The notes under the pieces were generated by a model. The model saw only the letters and a list, made by a program, of their open reading frames with translations, did no database searches and was not told where the DNA came from. From the IMG/VR virus record IMGVR_UViG_2579778634_000021: a stretch of DNA of 51,177 nt, one strand, 5' to 3'. The DNA comes from a virus (Duplodnaviria > Heunggongvirae > Uroviricota > Caudoviricetes). A program made the position numbers and the translations under genes. Positions 39,489-48,216 of this stretch are shown here, piece after piece (within the stretch, counting starts at the first letter, position 1; the number at the start of each line of letters is the position of its first letter).

Positions 39489-40136
39489 ATGAAAACGATG
39501 CATGAAATTATCGGGGAAAGGATCAAGTCCCTTAGAGAAGCTAAAGGACTTAGCCAGGCTCAATTGGCCAAGCTTTGCGGCTGGGCTGCGCCTTCACGCC
39601 TGGGGAACTACGAGTTAGGAACAAGAAAGGTTAGCGCGGATGACGCGCTGGTTCTTGGGGCGGCACTCGGCGTATCTCCGGCAAAAATAATGTTTGGCGA
39701 GGATTCAGACGCTGTATTTCGCCAATATGAGTACCCGTTATTTTCTTCAGTGCAGGCCGGGCCGTTTTCGGAGGTTGGAAGCTACACAGCAAGCGATGCA
39801 AAGGCATGGGTCCCAACGACCACAAAAGCCAGCGAAAAAGCTTTCTGGCTTGAGGTGAAAGGCCATTCTATGACTGCGCCACAGGGCGTAAGGCCGAGTT
39901 TTCCTGAGGGTATGCTGATACTCGTTGATCCGGCCGAGCCGGTAGAGTCTGGGGATTTCTGCGTGGCTTCTGCAAATGGTGATTCAGAGGCAACGTTCAA
40001 GAAGTATGAGAAGGATGCAGGGGTTAGTTACTTGGTTCCATTGAATCCGGCATACAGAACCCTGGACTGCGATCACACATGCCGCATCATAGGCAAGGTA
40101 GTTAAGGCTCAGTGGCCTGAAGAGACGTTTGGATGA
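39489..40136 (+). CDS. cI: CI repressor (helix-turn-helix plus S24 LexA-like autopeptidase domain)
   Basis: 215 aa. N-terminal helix-turn-helix and a C-terminal S24 region (GHSM ... K). Confidence 0.9.
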   Translation: MKTMHEIIGERIKSLREAKGLSQAQLAKLCGWAAPSRLGNYELGTRKVSADDALVLGAALGVSPAKIMFGEDSDAVFRQYEYPLFSSVQAGPFSEVGSYTASDAKAWVPTTTKASEKAFWLEVKGHSMTAPQGVRPSFPEGMLILVDPAEPVESGDFCVASANGDSEATFKKYEKDAGVSYLVPLNPAYRTLDCDHTCRIIGKVVKAQWPEETFG

Positions 40137-40186
40137 TGGATGGTCGCAGAGATGCTCGTAGAGCATACAGCGATGCAGGAGAATTT

Positions 40187-40621
40187 ATGGCACTTAATTT
40201 AGAAAGAATATCTTTTATAACCCCATTTGATAGCAGCGAAGAACCCAACCAACCGACGCTTAATTTTACATGCAATGAATTTCCTGCGCGGCTATCGATT
40301 GATTTCAGGGTTGGTATGATCGGGTTGAAACCAAATTCAAGATATAATTTGGGTATTATGGTAATCCCCGCGCACCTAATTATAAAAAAAGGTGAGGAAA
40401 TTCAATTCCCTGACGGCTCTTCGGAATCAGTTTCACTTTTCATCGATACGAAAGATAGCCATTTTGAAACAGGGGTTGGCGGACAGGTAATAGTAACATT
40501 GAAAGAAATTAGGGTCCCAGCTAAAGGGCTGTATAGTGTTATAGGGATATTGCAAGATAATGAAGACCCTAAAAATGAACTTCATAAAAATGAATCATTT
40601 TTCACCGTAGAGCTATTATGA
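40187..40621 (+). CDS. hypothetical protein A of the cI-linked cassette (rexA position)
   Basis: 144 aa from MALNLERISF, after an AGGAG ribosome-binding site. A frame-compatible ATGA start at 40133 is also possible. AT-rich; no recognisable domain. Confidence 0.5.
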   Translation: MALNLERISFITPFDSSEEPNQPTLNFTCNEFPARLSIDFRVGMIGLKPNSRYNLGIMVIPAHLIIKKGEEIQFPDGSSESVSLFIDTKDSHFETGVGGQVIVTLKEIRVPAKGLYSVIGILQDNEDPKNELHKNESFFTVELL

Positions 40622-41238
40622 GTGACGACAGTAATTTAAATAATCATGGAAAGCAAGACACCAACATATCTGAAAGCCGGAGGTTGAAGGTTGTTGGCGG
40701 TTCCGATTTTGAGGCTGAATTTGATAATTCTCCCACCAAGGTGCAAAATAATTACATAAAACCGCCACAAACGGAGGAAGAAGTGGGAACGATCAGCAGA
40801 GAGGAACTTGATGCTCGCTTAGCTGCTAATAAAGCAGAGATGGAGTCTATTGCTTCTTCCATTAGGACTGACATGGCTCTATCTCGTGAAAGCGTTAATG
40901 TCCAATTTGCATCACTTAATGCAGCCATAAGCTCTCTATCGTCCAAGATCGATGGAAAGATGGATAGCGCTGCTGGCGATATAAAAGCAATTAATGGGAG
41001 ATTCGAAGGAATTCAAGGACAAATAACAGGGGTTAATACCGCAATTAGTGGTGTTCAGTCGGGTATTTCTATACGATTAGCCATTTTTAGTGTCATTATC
41101 GCTGTAATAGTTGCGATTCCCGGGCTGGTATCAGCTTTAAAGTCAGACCACGCACCTTTGCAACAGCCTTCCACTTTGCAAGCGCCGCCACAAAATACCC
41201 AGCCAACAGACAACAAAAAAATCACTCCCCAGCATTAA
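40618..41238 (+). CDS. hypothetical coiled-coil membrane protein B of the cI-linked cassette (rexB position)
   Basis: 206 aa. ATGA-coupled to protein A. Ser/Ala-rich coiled-coil-like middle, one C-terminal transmembrane helix (LAIFSVIIAVIVAIPGLVSAL), and a Pro/Gln-rich tail. Confidence 0.5.
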   Translation: MSDDSNLNNHGKQDTNISESRRLKVVGGSDFEAEFDNSPTKVQNNYIKPPQTEEEVGTISREELDARLAANKAEMESIASSIRTDMALSRESVNVQFASLNAAISSLSSKIDGKMDSAAGDIKAINGRFEGIQGQITGVNTAISGVQSGISIRLAIFSVIIAVIVAIPGLVSALKSDHAPLQQPSTLQAPPQNTQPTDNKKITPQH

Positions 41239-41246
41239 CGCATTAA

Positions 41247-41272
41247 CCCGGCCTCAGCGCCGGGTTTTTTGT
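41247..41272 (+). terminator. intrinsic terminator closing the immunity operon (t-imm-like)
   Basis: cccggc-ctcagc-gccggg followed by TTTTTT. Confidence 0.7.
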
Positions 41273-41518
41273 TGCCTGCACATAACTATCAGGACAGCAC
41301 CTGCCAGCCAGCCCAAGCCTCTGATTAAATTACTATAATTCTTAATACAACTCCCATATCCCGCCATCTCGTCACCACCTACTTCGCTCGTTTTTCGAAC
41401 TTTTCAGCACACCATCCTGCTGTTTCCCCCGCCTTAAGTAAGCAAACCCATCGCGGGGAAAACTATTTACACAAAAAAATCATACACATAACGTGTCACA
41501 CCCTTATTTTACACATTT

Positions 41519-41552
41519 TGTGATTGACCATTAAATCACAATATGTGACTAT
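41519..41552 (+). promoter_or_regulatory. OL operator and pL promoter region
   Basis: Palindrome TGTGATT-N8-AATCACA overlapping TTGACC, 17 nt, GACTAT. Confidence 0.55.
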
Positions 41553-41597
41553 TATTTCCATCAGCAGGACGCTGGTAGCCAAACGGAAAAGATTGGC

Positions 41598-41626
41598 AGG
41601 CTCTTTAAACAACGTCGAACACTCGA
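41598..41626 (+). promoter_or_regulatory. nutL-like site (boxA ggctctttaaacaa plus boxB hairpin gtcgaacactcgac)
   Basis: BoxA consensus-like sequence followed by a short stem-loop, upstream of N. Confidence 0.55.
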
Positions 41627-41743
41627 CTACGTGGCTGAAAAGCCAGATCACCCAACCACATAAGCTGTGGGATGCAATGCCGAAGCAACCGTCTCAGGAG
41701 GAGCTTCGAGATTGCATCGCCAAAGTTTATTCGGGAGGAATCT

Positions 41744-42016
41744 ATGTCCAGAAAAACAGAATTTAAAGGCACCGCAGCTTCTCGCCGTAGAGCTCGTCGC
41801 GCAAACCTGCAAAGTCAGGAGTCGATTAGCTCCGACAAGCTACACAGGCCAACCCCTTCACGAGTGGTCTTGCAATGCAAGCGCAAACCAGCAATGAGAG
41901 CAGAAGTTATAACTCTGACAACGTTGACCAGAAAATATGAAGGTTCAACTTGTCTTCCAAACGTAGCCATTTACGCTGCAGGCTACCGTAAATCCAAACA
42001 ACTGACAGCAAGATGA
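41744..42016 (+). CDS. N: N-like antitermination protein
   Basis: 90 aa with an N-terminal arginine-rich motif (SRRRARRANLQ). GGAGG ribosome-binding site. First gene after pL and nutL. Confidence 0.7.
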   Translation: MSRKTEFKGTAASRRRARRANLQSQESISSDKLHRPTPSRVVLQCKRKPAMRAEVITLTTLTRKYEGSTCLPNVAIYAAGYRKSKQLTAR

Positions 42017-42077
42017 CTTGTGTTGGTCGCCAGAAAATGAAATTAGGCAGCAAACCACTTATTTGAGAGGAATTAAT

Positions 42078-42701
42078 ATGTCATCAATCCGCTTAACTAC
42101 GAGAATGAAAGAGGAAATCGCTCGTAACGCTTTAATTAAGTCCGGGGTGTTCACTGAACTTGAAGAAGTAACAAAGTTAAAGAACCAGCTTGCACTTGAC
42201 GCCAGAGTTATTGCGTTTGGCGGGAAAAAGAAAACCGAAGAAGTGGACCAGCTGGCATCAAAGTTAATGGCTGCAAGTGAGGAACTTCAAAAGCTGGGAT
42301 GTTCATTTTACTCATGCGATGTCAGTTCATGTTCGATTTATCTGACTGTATCTGGAAGAAGGGTTGGCTGGCATTCATACGGAAAAGACGGCAACGGTGA
42401 AGATATATTGCTCCCTACCCCCGACAAAGATAAATGCATGTTTGACGCAGAACACAAAATAACAAAAAGGTTTGATGAAATCTGCGCATTGCAACAAAAA
42501 CTTGAAGCCAGGAAAAAGGATATAGAATCAAACGTATGGGCTGCTTTGAACTCAGTCACAACAGTTAAGCGACTTATTGAAGTTTGGCCTGAAAGCAAAG
42601 AGTTGCTACCAAAAGAAGCAGATAAAGCAAGTGCAGCACTTCCTGCTTTACGGGTAGAAGATTTGAATAAGATGATTGGACTTCCTTCCGAGGCCGCATA
42701 A
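42078..42701 (+). CDS. hypothetical protein (early-left operon, ral/sieB slot)
   Basis: 207 aa from MSSIRLTT with a GAGAGG ribosome-binding site. AT-rich; no known domain recognised. Confidence 0.5.
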   Translation: MSSIRLTTRMKEEIARNALIKSGVFTELEEVTKLKNQLALDARVIAFGGKKKTEEVDQLASKLMAASEELQKLGCSFYSCDVSSCSIYLTVSGRRVGWHSYGKDGNGEDILLPTPDKDKCMFDAEHKITKRFDEICALQQKLEARKKDIESNVWAALNSVTTVKRLIEVWPESKELLPKEADKASAALPALRVEDLNKMIGLPSEAA

Positions 42702-42835
42702 TCGGCCTTTATTTTTGGCATAAACAACAGAATAAACACTGCACTGTGTATTCATTCCAACGAGTGAATACACGGAGCAATGTCGCTCGTAACTAAACAG
42801 GAGCCGACTTGTTCTGATTATTGGAAATCTTCTTT

Positions 42836-42861
42836 GCCCTCCAATGTGAGGGCTTTTTTAT
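42836..42861 (+). terminator. intrinsic terminator (tL-like)
   Basis: gccctc-caatgt-gagggc followed by TTTTTT. Confidence 0.65.
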
Positions 42862-42925
42862 ATGCATACCAATAACGCTTCACTAGAGGCGTTTTCGTTA
42901 TGTGTAAATAAATAAGGAGCACACC

Positions 42926-43066
42926 ATGCAATATGCCATTGCAGGGTGGCCTGTTGCTGGCTGCCCTTCCGAATCTTTACTTGAACGAATCACCCGTAAA
43001 TTACGTGACGGATGGAAACGCCTTATCGACATACTTAATCAGCCAGGAGTTCCCAAAAATGGATAA
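42926..43066 (+). CDS. cIII: cIII (FtsH inhibitor)
   Basis: 46-aa [49 protein letters not shown], which matches lambda cIII. Not in the supplied ORF track because it is under 60 aa. Confidence 0.85.
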   Translation: MQYAIAGWPVAGCPSESLLERITRKLRDGWKRLIDILNQPGVPKNG

Positions 43067-43202
43067 AACACTTATGGCTATCCAGACTAAATTCACTATC
43101 GCCACTTTTATTGGTGATGAAAAGATGTTTCGTGAAGCCGTCGACGCTTATAAAAAATGGATATTAATACTGAAACTGAGATCAAGCAAAAGCATTCACT
43201 AA
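43059..43202 (+). CDS. kil: Kil (host division inhibitor)
   Basis: 47-aa [50 protein letters not shown] overlapping the cIII 3' end, as in lambda. Confidence 0.8.
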   Translation: MDKTLMAIQTKFTIATFIGDEKMFREAVDAYKKWILILKLRSSKSIH

Positions 43203-43275
43203 CCCCTTTCCTGTTTTCCTAATCAGCCCGGCATTTCGCGGGCGATATTTTCACAGCTATTTCAGGAGTTCAGCC

Positions 43276-43572
43276 ATGAACGCTTATTACATTCAGGATC
43301 GTCTTGAGGCTCAGAGCTGGGCGCGTCACTACCAGCAGATCGCCCGTGAAGAGAAAGAGGCAGAACTGGCAGACGACATGGAAAAAGGCCTGCCCCAGCA
43401 CCTGTTTGAATCGCTATGCATCGATCATTTGCAACGCCACGGGGCCAGCAAAAAAGCCATTATCCGTGCGTTTGATGACGATGTTGAGTTTCAGGAGCGC
43501 ATGGCAGAACACATCCGGTACATGGTTGAAACCATTGCTCACCATCAGGTTGATATTGATTCAGAGGTATAA
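43276..43572 (+). CDS. gam: Gam (RecBCD inhibitor), short form
   Basis: 98 aa, near-identical to lambda GamS. Confidence 0.9.
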   Translation: MNAYYIQDRLEAQSWARHYQQIAREEKEAELADDMEKGLPQHLFESLCIDHLQRHGASKKAIIRAFDDDVEFQERMAEHIRYMVETIAHHQVDIDSEV

Positions 43573-43577
43573 AACGG

Positions 43578-44363
43578 ATGAGTACAGCACTCGCAACGCT
43601 GGCAGGGAAGCTGGCTGAACGTGTCGGCATGGATTCTGTCGACCCACAGGAACTGATCACCACTCTTCGCCAGACGGCATTTAAAGGCGATGCCAGCGAT
43701 GCGCAGTTCATCGCATTGTTGATCGTCGCCAACCAGTACGGCCTTAATCCGTGGACGAAAGAAATTTACGCCTTCCCTGATAAGCAGAACGGCATCGTTC
43801 CGGTGGTGGGCGTTGATGGCTGGTCCCGCATCATCAATGAAAACCAGCAGTTTGATGGCATGGACTTTGAGCAGGACAATGAATCCTGTACATGCCGGAT
43901 TTACCGCAAGGACCGTAATCATCCGATCTGCGTTACCGAATGGATGGATGAATGCCGCCGCGAACCATTCAAAACCCGCGAAGGCAGAGAAATCACCGGA
44001 CCGTGGCAGTCGCATCCCAAACGGATGTTACGGCATAAAGCCATGATTCAGTGTGCCCGTCTGGCCTTCGGATTTGCTGGTATCTATGACAAGGATGAAG
44101 CCGAGCGCATTGTCGAAAATACTGCATACACTGCAGAACGTCAGCCAGAACGCGACATCACTCCGGTTAACGATGAAACCATGCAGGAGATTAACACTCT
44201 GCTGATCGCCCTGGATAAAACATGGGATGACGACTTATTGCCGCTCTGTTCCCAGATATTTCGCCGCGACATTCGCGCATCGTCAGAACTGACACAGGCC
44301 GAAGCAGTGAAAGCTCTTGGATTCCTGAAACAGAAAGCCACTGAGCAGAAGGTGGCAGCATGA
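43578..44363 (+). CDS. bet: Bet single-strand annealing protein
   Basis: 261 aa, near-identical to lambda Bet. Confidence 0.95.
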   Translation: MSTALATLAGKLAERVGMDSVDPQELITTLRQTAFKGDASDAQFIALLIVANQYGLNPWTKEIYAFPDKQNGIVPVVGVDGWSRIINENQQFDGMDFEQDNESCTCRIYRKDRNHPICVTEWMDECRREPFKTREGREITGPWQSHPKRMLRHKAMIQCARLAFGFAGIYDKDEAERIVENTAYTAERQPERDITPVNDETMQEINTLLIALDKTWDDDLLPLCSQIFRRDIRASSELTQAEAVKALGFLKQKATEQKVAA

Positions 44364-45040
44364 CACCGGACATTATCCTGCAGCGTACCGGGATCGACGT
44401 GAGAGCTGTCGAACAGGGGGATGATGCATGGCACAAATTACGGCTCGGCGTCATCACCGCTTCAGAAGTTCACAACGTGATAGCAAAGCCCCGCTCAGGA
44501 AAGAAGTGGCCTGACATGAAAATGTCCTACTTCCACACCCTGCTGGCTGAGGTTTGCACCGGTGTGGCTCCGGAAGTTAATGCTAAGGCGCTGGCCTGGG
44601 GAAAACAGTACGAGAACGACGCCAGAACCCTGTTTGAATTCACTTCCGGCGTGAATGTTACTGAATCCCCGATCATCTATCGCGACGAAAGTATGCGCAC
44701 AGCCTGCTCTCCCGATGGTTTATGCAGTGACGGCAATGGCCTTGAGCTGAAATGCCCGTTTACCTCCAGGGATTTCATGAAGTTCCGGCTCGGTGGTTTC
44801 GAGGCCATAAAGTCGGCTTACATGGCCCAGGTGCAGTACAGCATGTGGGTGACGCGAAAAGATGCCTGGTACTTTGCCAACTATGACCCGCGTATGAAGC
44901 GTGAAGGCCTGCATTATGTCGTGATTGAGCGGAATGAAAAGTACATGGCGAATTTTGACGAGATGGTGCCGGAGTTCATCGAAAAAATGGACGAGGCACT
45001 GGCTGAAATTGGTTTTGTATATGGGGAGCAATGGCAATGA
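44360..45040 (+). CDS. exo: lambda-type 5'-3' exonuclease Exo
   Basis: 226 aa, near-identical to lambda Exo. Confidence 0.95.
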   Translation: MTPDIILQRTGIDVRAVEQGDDAWHKLRLGVITASEVHNVIAKPRSGKKWPDMKMSYFHTLLAEVCTGVAPEVNAKALAWGKQYENDARTLFEFTSGVNVTESPIIYRDESMRTACSPDGLCSDGNGLELKCPFTSRDFMKFRLGGFEAIKSAYMAQVQYSMWVTRKDAWYFANYDPRMKREGLHYVVIERNEKYMANFDEMVPEFIEKMDEALAEIGFVYGEQWQ

Positions 45041-45195
45041 AGCATCCTCACGATAATATCCGGGTAGGCGCGATCACTTTCGTCTACTCCGTTACAAAGC
45101 GAGGCTGGGTATTTCCCGGCCTTTCTGTTATCCGAAATCCGCTGAAAGCACAGCGGCTGGCTGAGGAGATAAATAATAAACGGGAGAGTGTATGA
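45037..45195 (+). CDS. small hypothetical protein, translationally coupled
   Basis: 52-aa ORF ([19 protein letters not shown]...) with ATGA overlaps at both ends. Confidence 0.35.
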   Translation: MKHPHDNIRVGAITFVYSVTKRGWVFPGLSVIRNPLKAQRLAEEINNKRESV

Positions 45196-45944
45196 TTCAT
45201 TTTCACGGTGGTCCAATAACTCCCGATACCTGTGCGTTGAAAGCCTGGAAAGGCAGACACGCATTCATCAGTTTTGCTAATCCAGCTCAGATTGATCTGG
45301 CTTCCGAAGTCACCCAATCATTTGCTCTTGATAATGGTGCATTCACATTCTGGACAAAAAACAAGGCCATAGACTGGAATGAATATTACAGATTTGTTGA
45401 ACGCTGGGGTAATCACCCTCGTTTCTCATTCGCGGTTATCCCGGATGTTATCGGCGGAACCAGTGAAGAGAATGACGCCCTGATTGCGGCATGGCCTCAC
45501 GGTAAATTTATTGGTGCTCCGGTGTGGCACATGAACGAACCAGATGAGCGATTTATTCGTCTGTGCCATGAGTTTCCCCGCGTCTGCATCGGCTCGATGG
45601 GGGAATACGATGCAAAACGACCGAGAGCGTGTCGGGCTAAACTACGCGATCTTATACGTCATGTTGTAGATCAGTACGGCTACCCAATCACCAAGATTCA
45701 TGGGTTACGGATGTTAAATAAAGACATTTTTACTCATGTACCGCTTTCGTCTGCAGACAGCACGAACGTCGCAAGAAATATAGGCATCGACAAATCCTGG
45801 GTAGGTTCGCCATATGCTCCCGCAAGTAAAGAAACCCGTACGCAAGTTCTTGTGGAACGCATTGAATCATTCAACAGTGCCAGTTCACTTAATTACAACG
45901 CTGAACGGGACGTCTTTACCCCTCAACTGGCATTCGAAGTGTGA
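45192..45944 (+). CDS. hypothetical protein; candidate TGT-fold (DpdA-like) DNA-modifying enzyme
   Basis: 250 aa. Motifs LDNGAFTFW (compare TGT DSGGFQ), VIPDVIGG and HGLRM...LSSADSTN (compare the TGT MGVG...FDCV region). Assignment is tentative. Confidence 0.35.
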   Translation: MIHFHGGPITPDTCALKAWKGRHAFISFANPAQIDLASEVTQSFALDNGAFTFWTKNKAIDWNEYYRFVERWGNHPRFSFAVIPDVIGGTSEENDALIAAWPHGKFIGAPVWHMNEPDERFIRLCHEFPRVCIGSMGEYDAKRPRACRAKLRDLIRHVVDQYGYPITKIHGLRMLNKDIFTHVPLSSADSTNVARNIGIDKSWVGSPYAPASKETRTQVLVERIESFNSASSLNYNAERDVFTPQLAFEV

Positions 45945-45951
45945 GGCCAAT

Positions 45952-46167
45952 ATGACAATAGAACATAATAACGCCCTTCGCAGCATTGCCCGTCAGGCTA
46001 ATTCTGAAATCAAAAAAGCCAGACAGCAGTTTCCGGATAAAAACGTCGATGACATTTGCCGTAGCGTACTGAAGAAGCACCGCGAAACGGTAACGCTGAT
46101 GGGATTCACACCGACTCACTTAAGTCTGGCAATCGGTATGTTAAACGGCGTCTTTAAGGAACGGTGA
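45952..46167 (+). CDS. hypothetical protein
   Basis: 71 aa from MTIEHNNALRS. Confidence 0.4.
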   Translation: MTIEHNNALRSIARQANSEIKKARQQFPDKNVDDICRSVLKKHRETVTLMGFTPTHLSLAIGMLNGVFKER

Positions 46168-46265
46168 ACATGAAAAGCAAAATCATCAGGGAGCTACAGG
46201 CTCCTTTTTTATTATTCGCATTCACCCTCAAGCGTATTAACCAACAATTCAGGGATTAATGGAAG

Positions 46266-46487
46266 ATGGCAGACCTCATTGATTCAGCATCAGAAATTGA
46301 AGAATTACAGCGCAACACAGCAATAAAAATGCGCCGCCTGAACCACCAGGCTATATCTGCCACTCATTGTTGTGAGTGTGGCGATCCCATAGATGAGCGA
46401 AGACGCCTGGCCGTTCAGGGTTGTCGGACTTGTGCAAGTTGCCAGGAGGATCTGGAGCTTATCAGTAAACAGAGAGGTTCGAAGTGA
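46266..46487 (+). CDS. TraR/DksA-family C4 zinc-finger protein (lambda Orf73-like)
   Basis: 73 aa with CCECG...(17)...CRTCASC, the pattern of TraR-type RNA polymerase-binding zinc fingers. Confidence 0.7.
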   Translation: MADLIDSASEIEELQRNTAIKMRRLNHQAISATHCCECGDPIDERRRLAVQGCRTCASCQEDLELISKQRGSK

Positions 46488-47098
46488 GCGAAATTAACTA
46501 TCAGGAACTGCGTGAAAAGGCAGAGAAAGCAACTAAAGGAAGCTACATCGTAGGGCATACATCTGTTAACCAGCACGGCAATTTAACAGGAGTTTTTGTT
46601 TGTCAAAAATGGAAAGGAGAACCCGGTGGCGTGATTGCCGAATGTCATGTTAACTGCCTGATTGAATCAGATGCTCAGGCTTATGCAAACGCTGAATTTA
46701 TAGCAGATGCTAACCCAGCTACCGTACTGGCGCTACTGGATGAACGGGAAAGAAACCAGCAATACATCAAACGCCGCGACCAGGAGAACGAGGATATTGC
46801 GCTTACGGTTGGGAAGCTGAGAGTTGAGCTTGAGGAGACAAAATCAAAACTCAACGAGCAGCGTGAGTATTACGAAGGTGTTATCTCGGATGGGAGTAAG
46901 CGCATAGCAGAGTTAGAAAGTGATTCTCAGGCACAAAAGTTAGTTGAAGCAATCATTGTTGCGATAGAAAACGAACAGGAACGTCTTTTTGATGAAGATT
47001 ACCTAATGGATTCGAAAGAATGCATTGACGTAATTCGTGAAGAAGTAAAGCGATGGAATGATTCCCGCGCCGCTGGCATTCGCATCAAAGGAGAGTGA
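46484..47098 (+). CDS. ea22: Ea22-like protein
   Basis: 204 aa. The central block [63 protein letters not shown] and the C-terminus GIRIKGE match lambda Ea22. Confidence 0.7.
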   Translation: MSEINYQELREKAEKATKGSYIVGHTSVNQHGNLTGVFVCQKWKGEPGGVIAECHVNCLIESDAQAYANAEFIADANPATVLALLDERERNQQYIKRRDQENEDIALTVGKLRVELEETKSKLNEQREYYEGVISDGSKRIAELESDSQAQKLVEAIIVAIENEQERLFDEDYLMDSKECIDVIREEVKRWNDSRAAGIRIKGE

Positions 47099-47099
47099 G

Positions 47100-47423
47100 A
47101 TGACCACATCGCATTCTGCAATTACCCAGAAAAAAGCCTTCCACATACTCGAACGATTAGAGGCGCTTGCTACGGAGGAGGAGATATCCCCGGAGAAACT
47201 GGTTGAGTTCAGCCGTGTGATATTGCGTCGCAAGAACGATATGGAGCGGCTGACATCTGGCGCTCCATCCTTATCAGTCAGGCGAACACTTTGTTGCAGC
47301 TTCTGCAACAAATCCCAGTACGCCGTCAAAAAGTTAATTGCTGGGGACGCCGTTTTCATCTGCGACGAGTGTGTGGATGTGTGCAACAGAATTATCCGGG
47401 GAGAGAAAGAGGGATCAGCATGA
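47100..47423 (+). CDS. ClpX N-terminal zinc-binding-domain-like protein
   Basis: 107 aa. The C-terminal half [35 protein letters not shown] closely resembles the ClpX C4 zinc-binding domain. Confidence 0.6.
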   Translation: MTTSHSAITQKKAFHILERLEALATEEEISPEKLVEFSRVILRRKNDMERLTSGAPSLSVRRTLCCSFCNKSQYAVKKLIAGDAVFICDECVDVCNRIIRGEKEGSA

Positions 47424-47941
47424 AATTTTCCAAATTTTCTGAGTTGGTGAATCGTATTTTGTCCAACAACCACAGCCATCGTCGCGATATGGATGTAACG
47501 ATCGTTGTTCATTCGCCTGGTCGCATCGGTTCAACACCATCAGTTGAGGTTCAGTCAATTAAGGCGGGTTTTGATTGGGATGCCGGGCAAGTGATGATTT
47601 TTCCAGCACAGCCACTGACCACGCTAACACCGGAGCAGGTTGCTGATATCACTGATAGTGTGCGCAAAGGTCAGTCTTGGCACGCGTATCAGGAATACAA
47701 GAAGCATAAAGAGCAGTTGGAAAAATTGTCGATGGAGTTGGAAGCCGCTAAACAGCGGGAAAAAGATCTGTTTATGGAAAATGTTCGACTTAAGTCAGGC
47801 ATAGCCGGTCTGATACACCTCGGTATTCGATATGCAGATGTTGAGGTCATGAAAATTGCTGGAGATGCCCAGCTTTCTACCCCATGCACTGACAGCATCA
47901 TAAACAGCATTGCAACAGGCATTCGCATCAAAGGAGAGTGA
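47420..47941 (+). CDS. hypothetical protein with an Ea22-type C-terminal tail
   Basis: 173 aa ending in TGIRIKGE like the Ea22-like protein, with a coiled-coil segment. Confidence 0.45.
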   Translation: MKFSKFSELVNRILSNNHSHRRDMDVTIVVHSPGRIGSTPSVEVQSIKAGFDWDAGQVMIFPAQPLTTLTPEQVADITDSVRKGQSWHAYQEYKKHKEQLEKLSMELEAAKQREKDLFMENVRLKSGIAGLIHLGIRYADVEVMKIAGDAQLSTPCTDSIINSIATGIRIKGE

Positions 47942-47942
47942 T

Positions 47943-48206
47943 ATGGCAACTTTAACAAAAAAAGAACGGGCATGGTTGAACGAATTACAGGACGTTCTTG
48001 ATCGCTGTCCATCACCGAAAAAAATTGGTTTTTACACCATTGGCGATAAAAGCATTTACCTTTATGACCTGCGCCGCATGGATGAAATCATGGAGGCTCT
48101 TGATAATCGTTCGTCGATGGATTGGTGTGTTGCTGTTCATGATATGAATGCAGGGTTTGATGAAAAGATTTTGTTCCCCTCGTCAGTTGAAAGCACAGCG
48201 GGTTAA
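47943..48206 (+). CDS. hypothetical protein
   Basis: 87 aa from MATLTKKERAWLNELQ. Confidence 0.4.
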   Translation: MATLTKKERAWLNELQDVLDRCPSPKKIGFYTIGDKSIYLYDLRRMDEIMEALDNRSSMDWCVAVHDMNAGFDEKILFPSSVESTAG

Positions 48207-48216
48207 GGAGTAACAC

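Noticed and set aside
40133-41238. Direct rexA/rexB homologs
   Set aside because: The sizes (144 and 206 aa against about 279 and 144 aa) and predicted topology (one transmembrane helix against four in RexB) do not fit, and I see no sequence resemblance. The cassette is therefore treated as a non-orthologous occupant of the slot.
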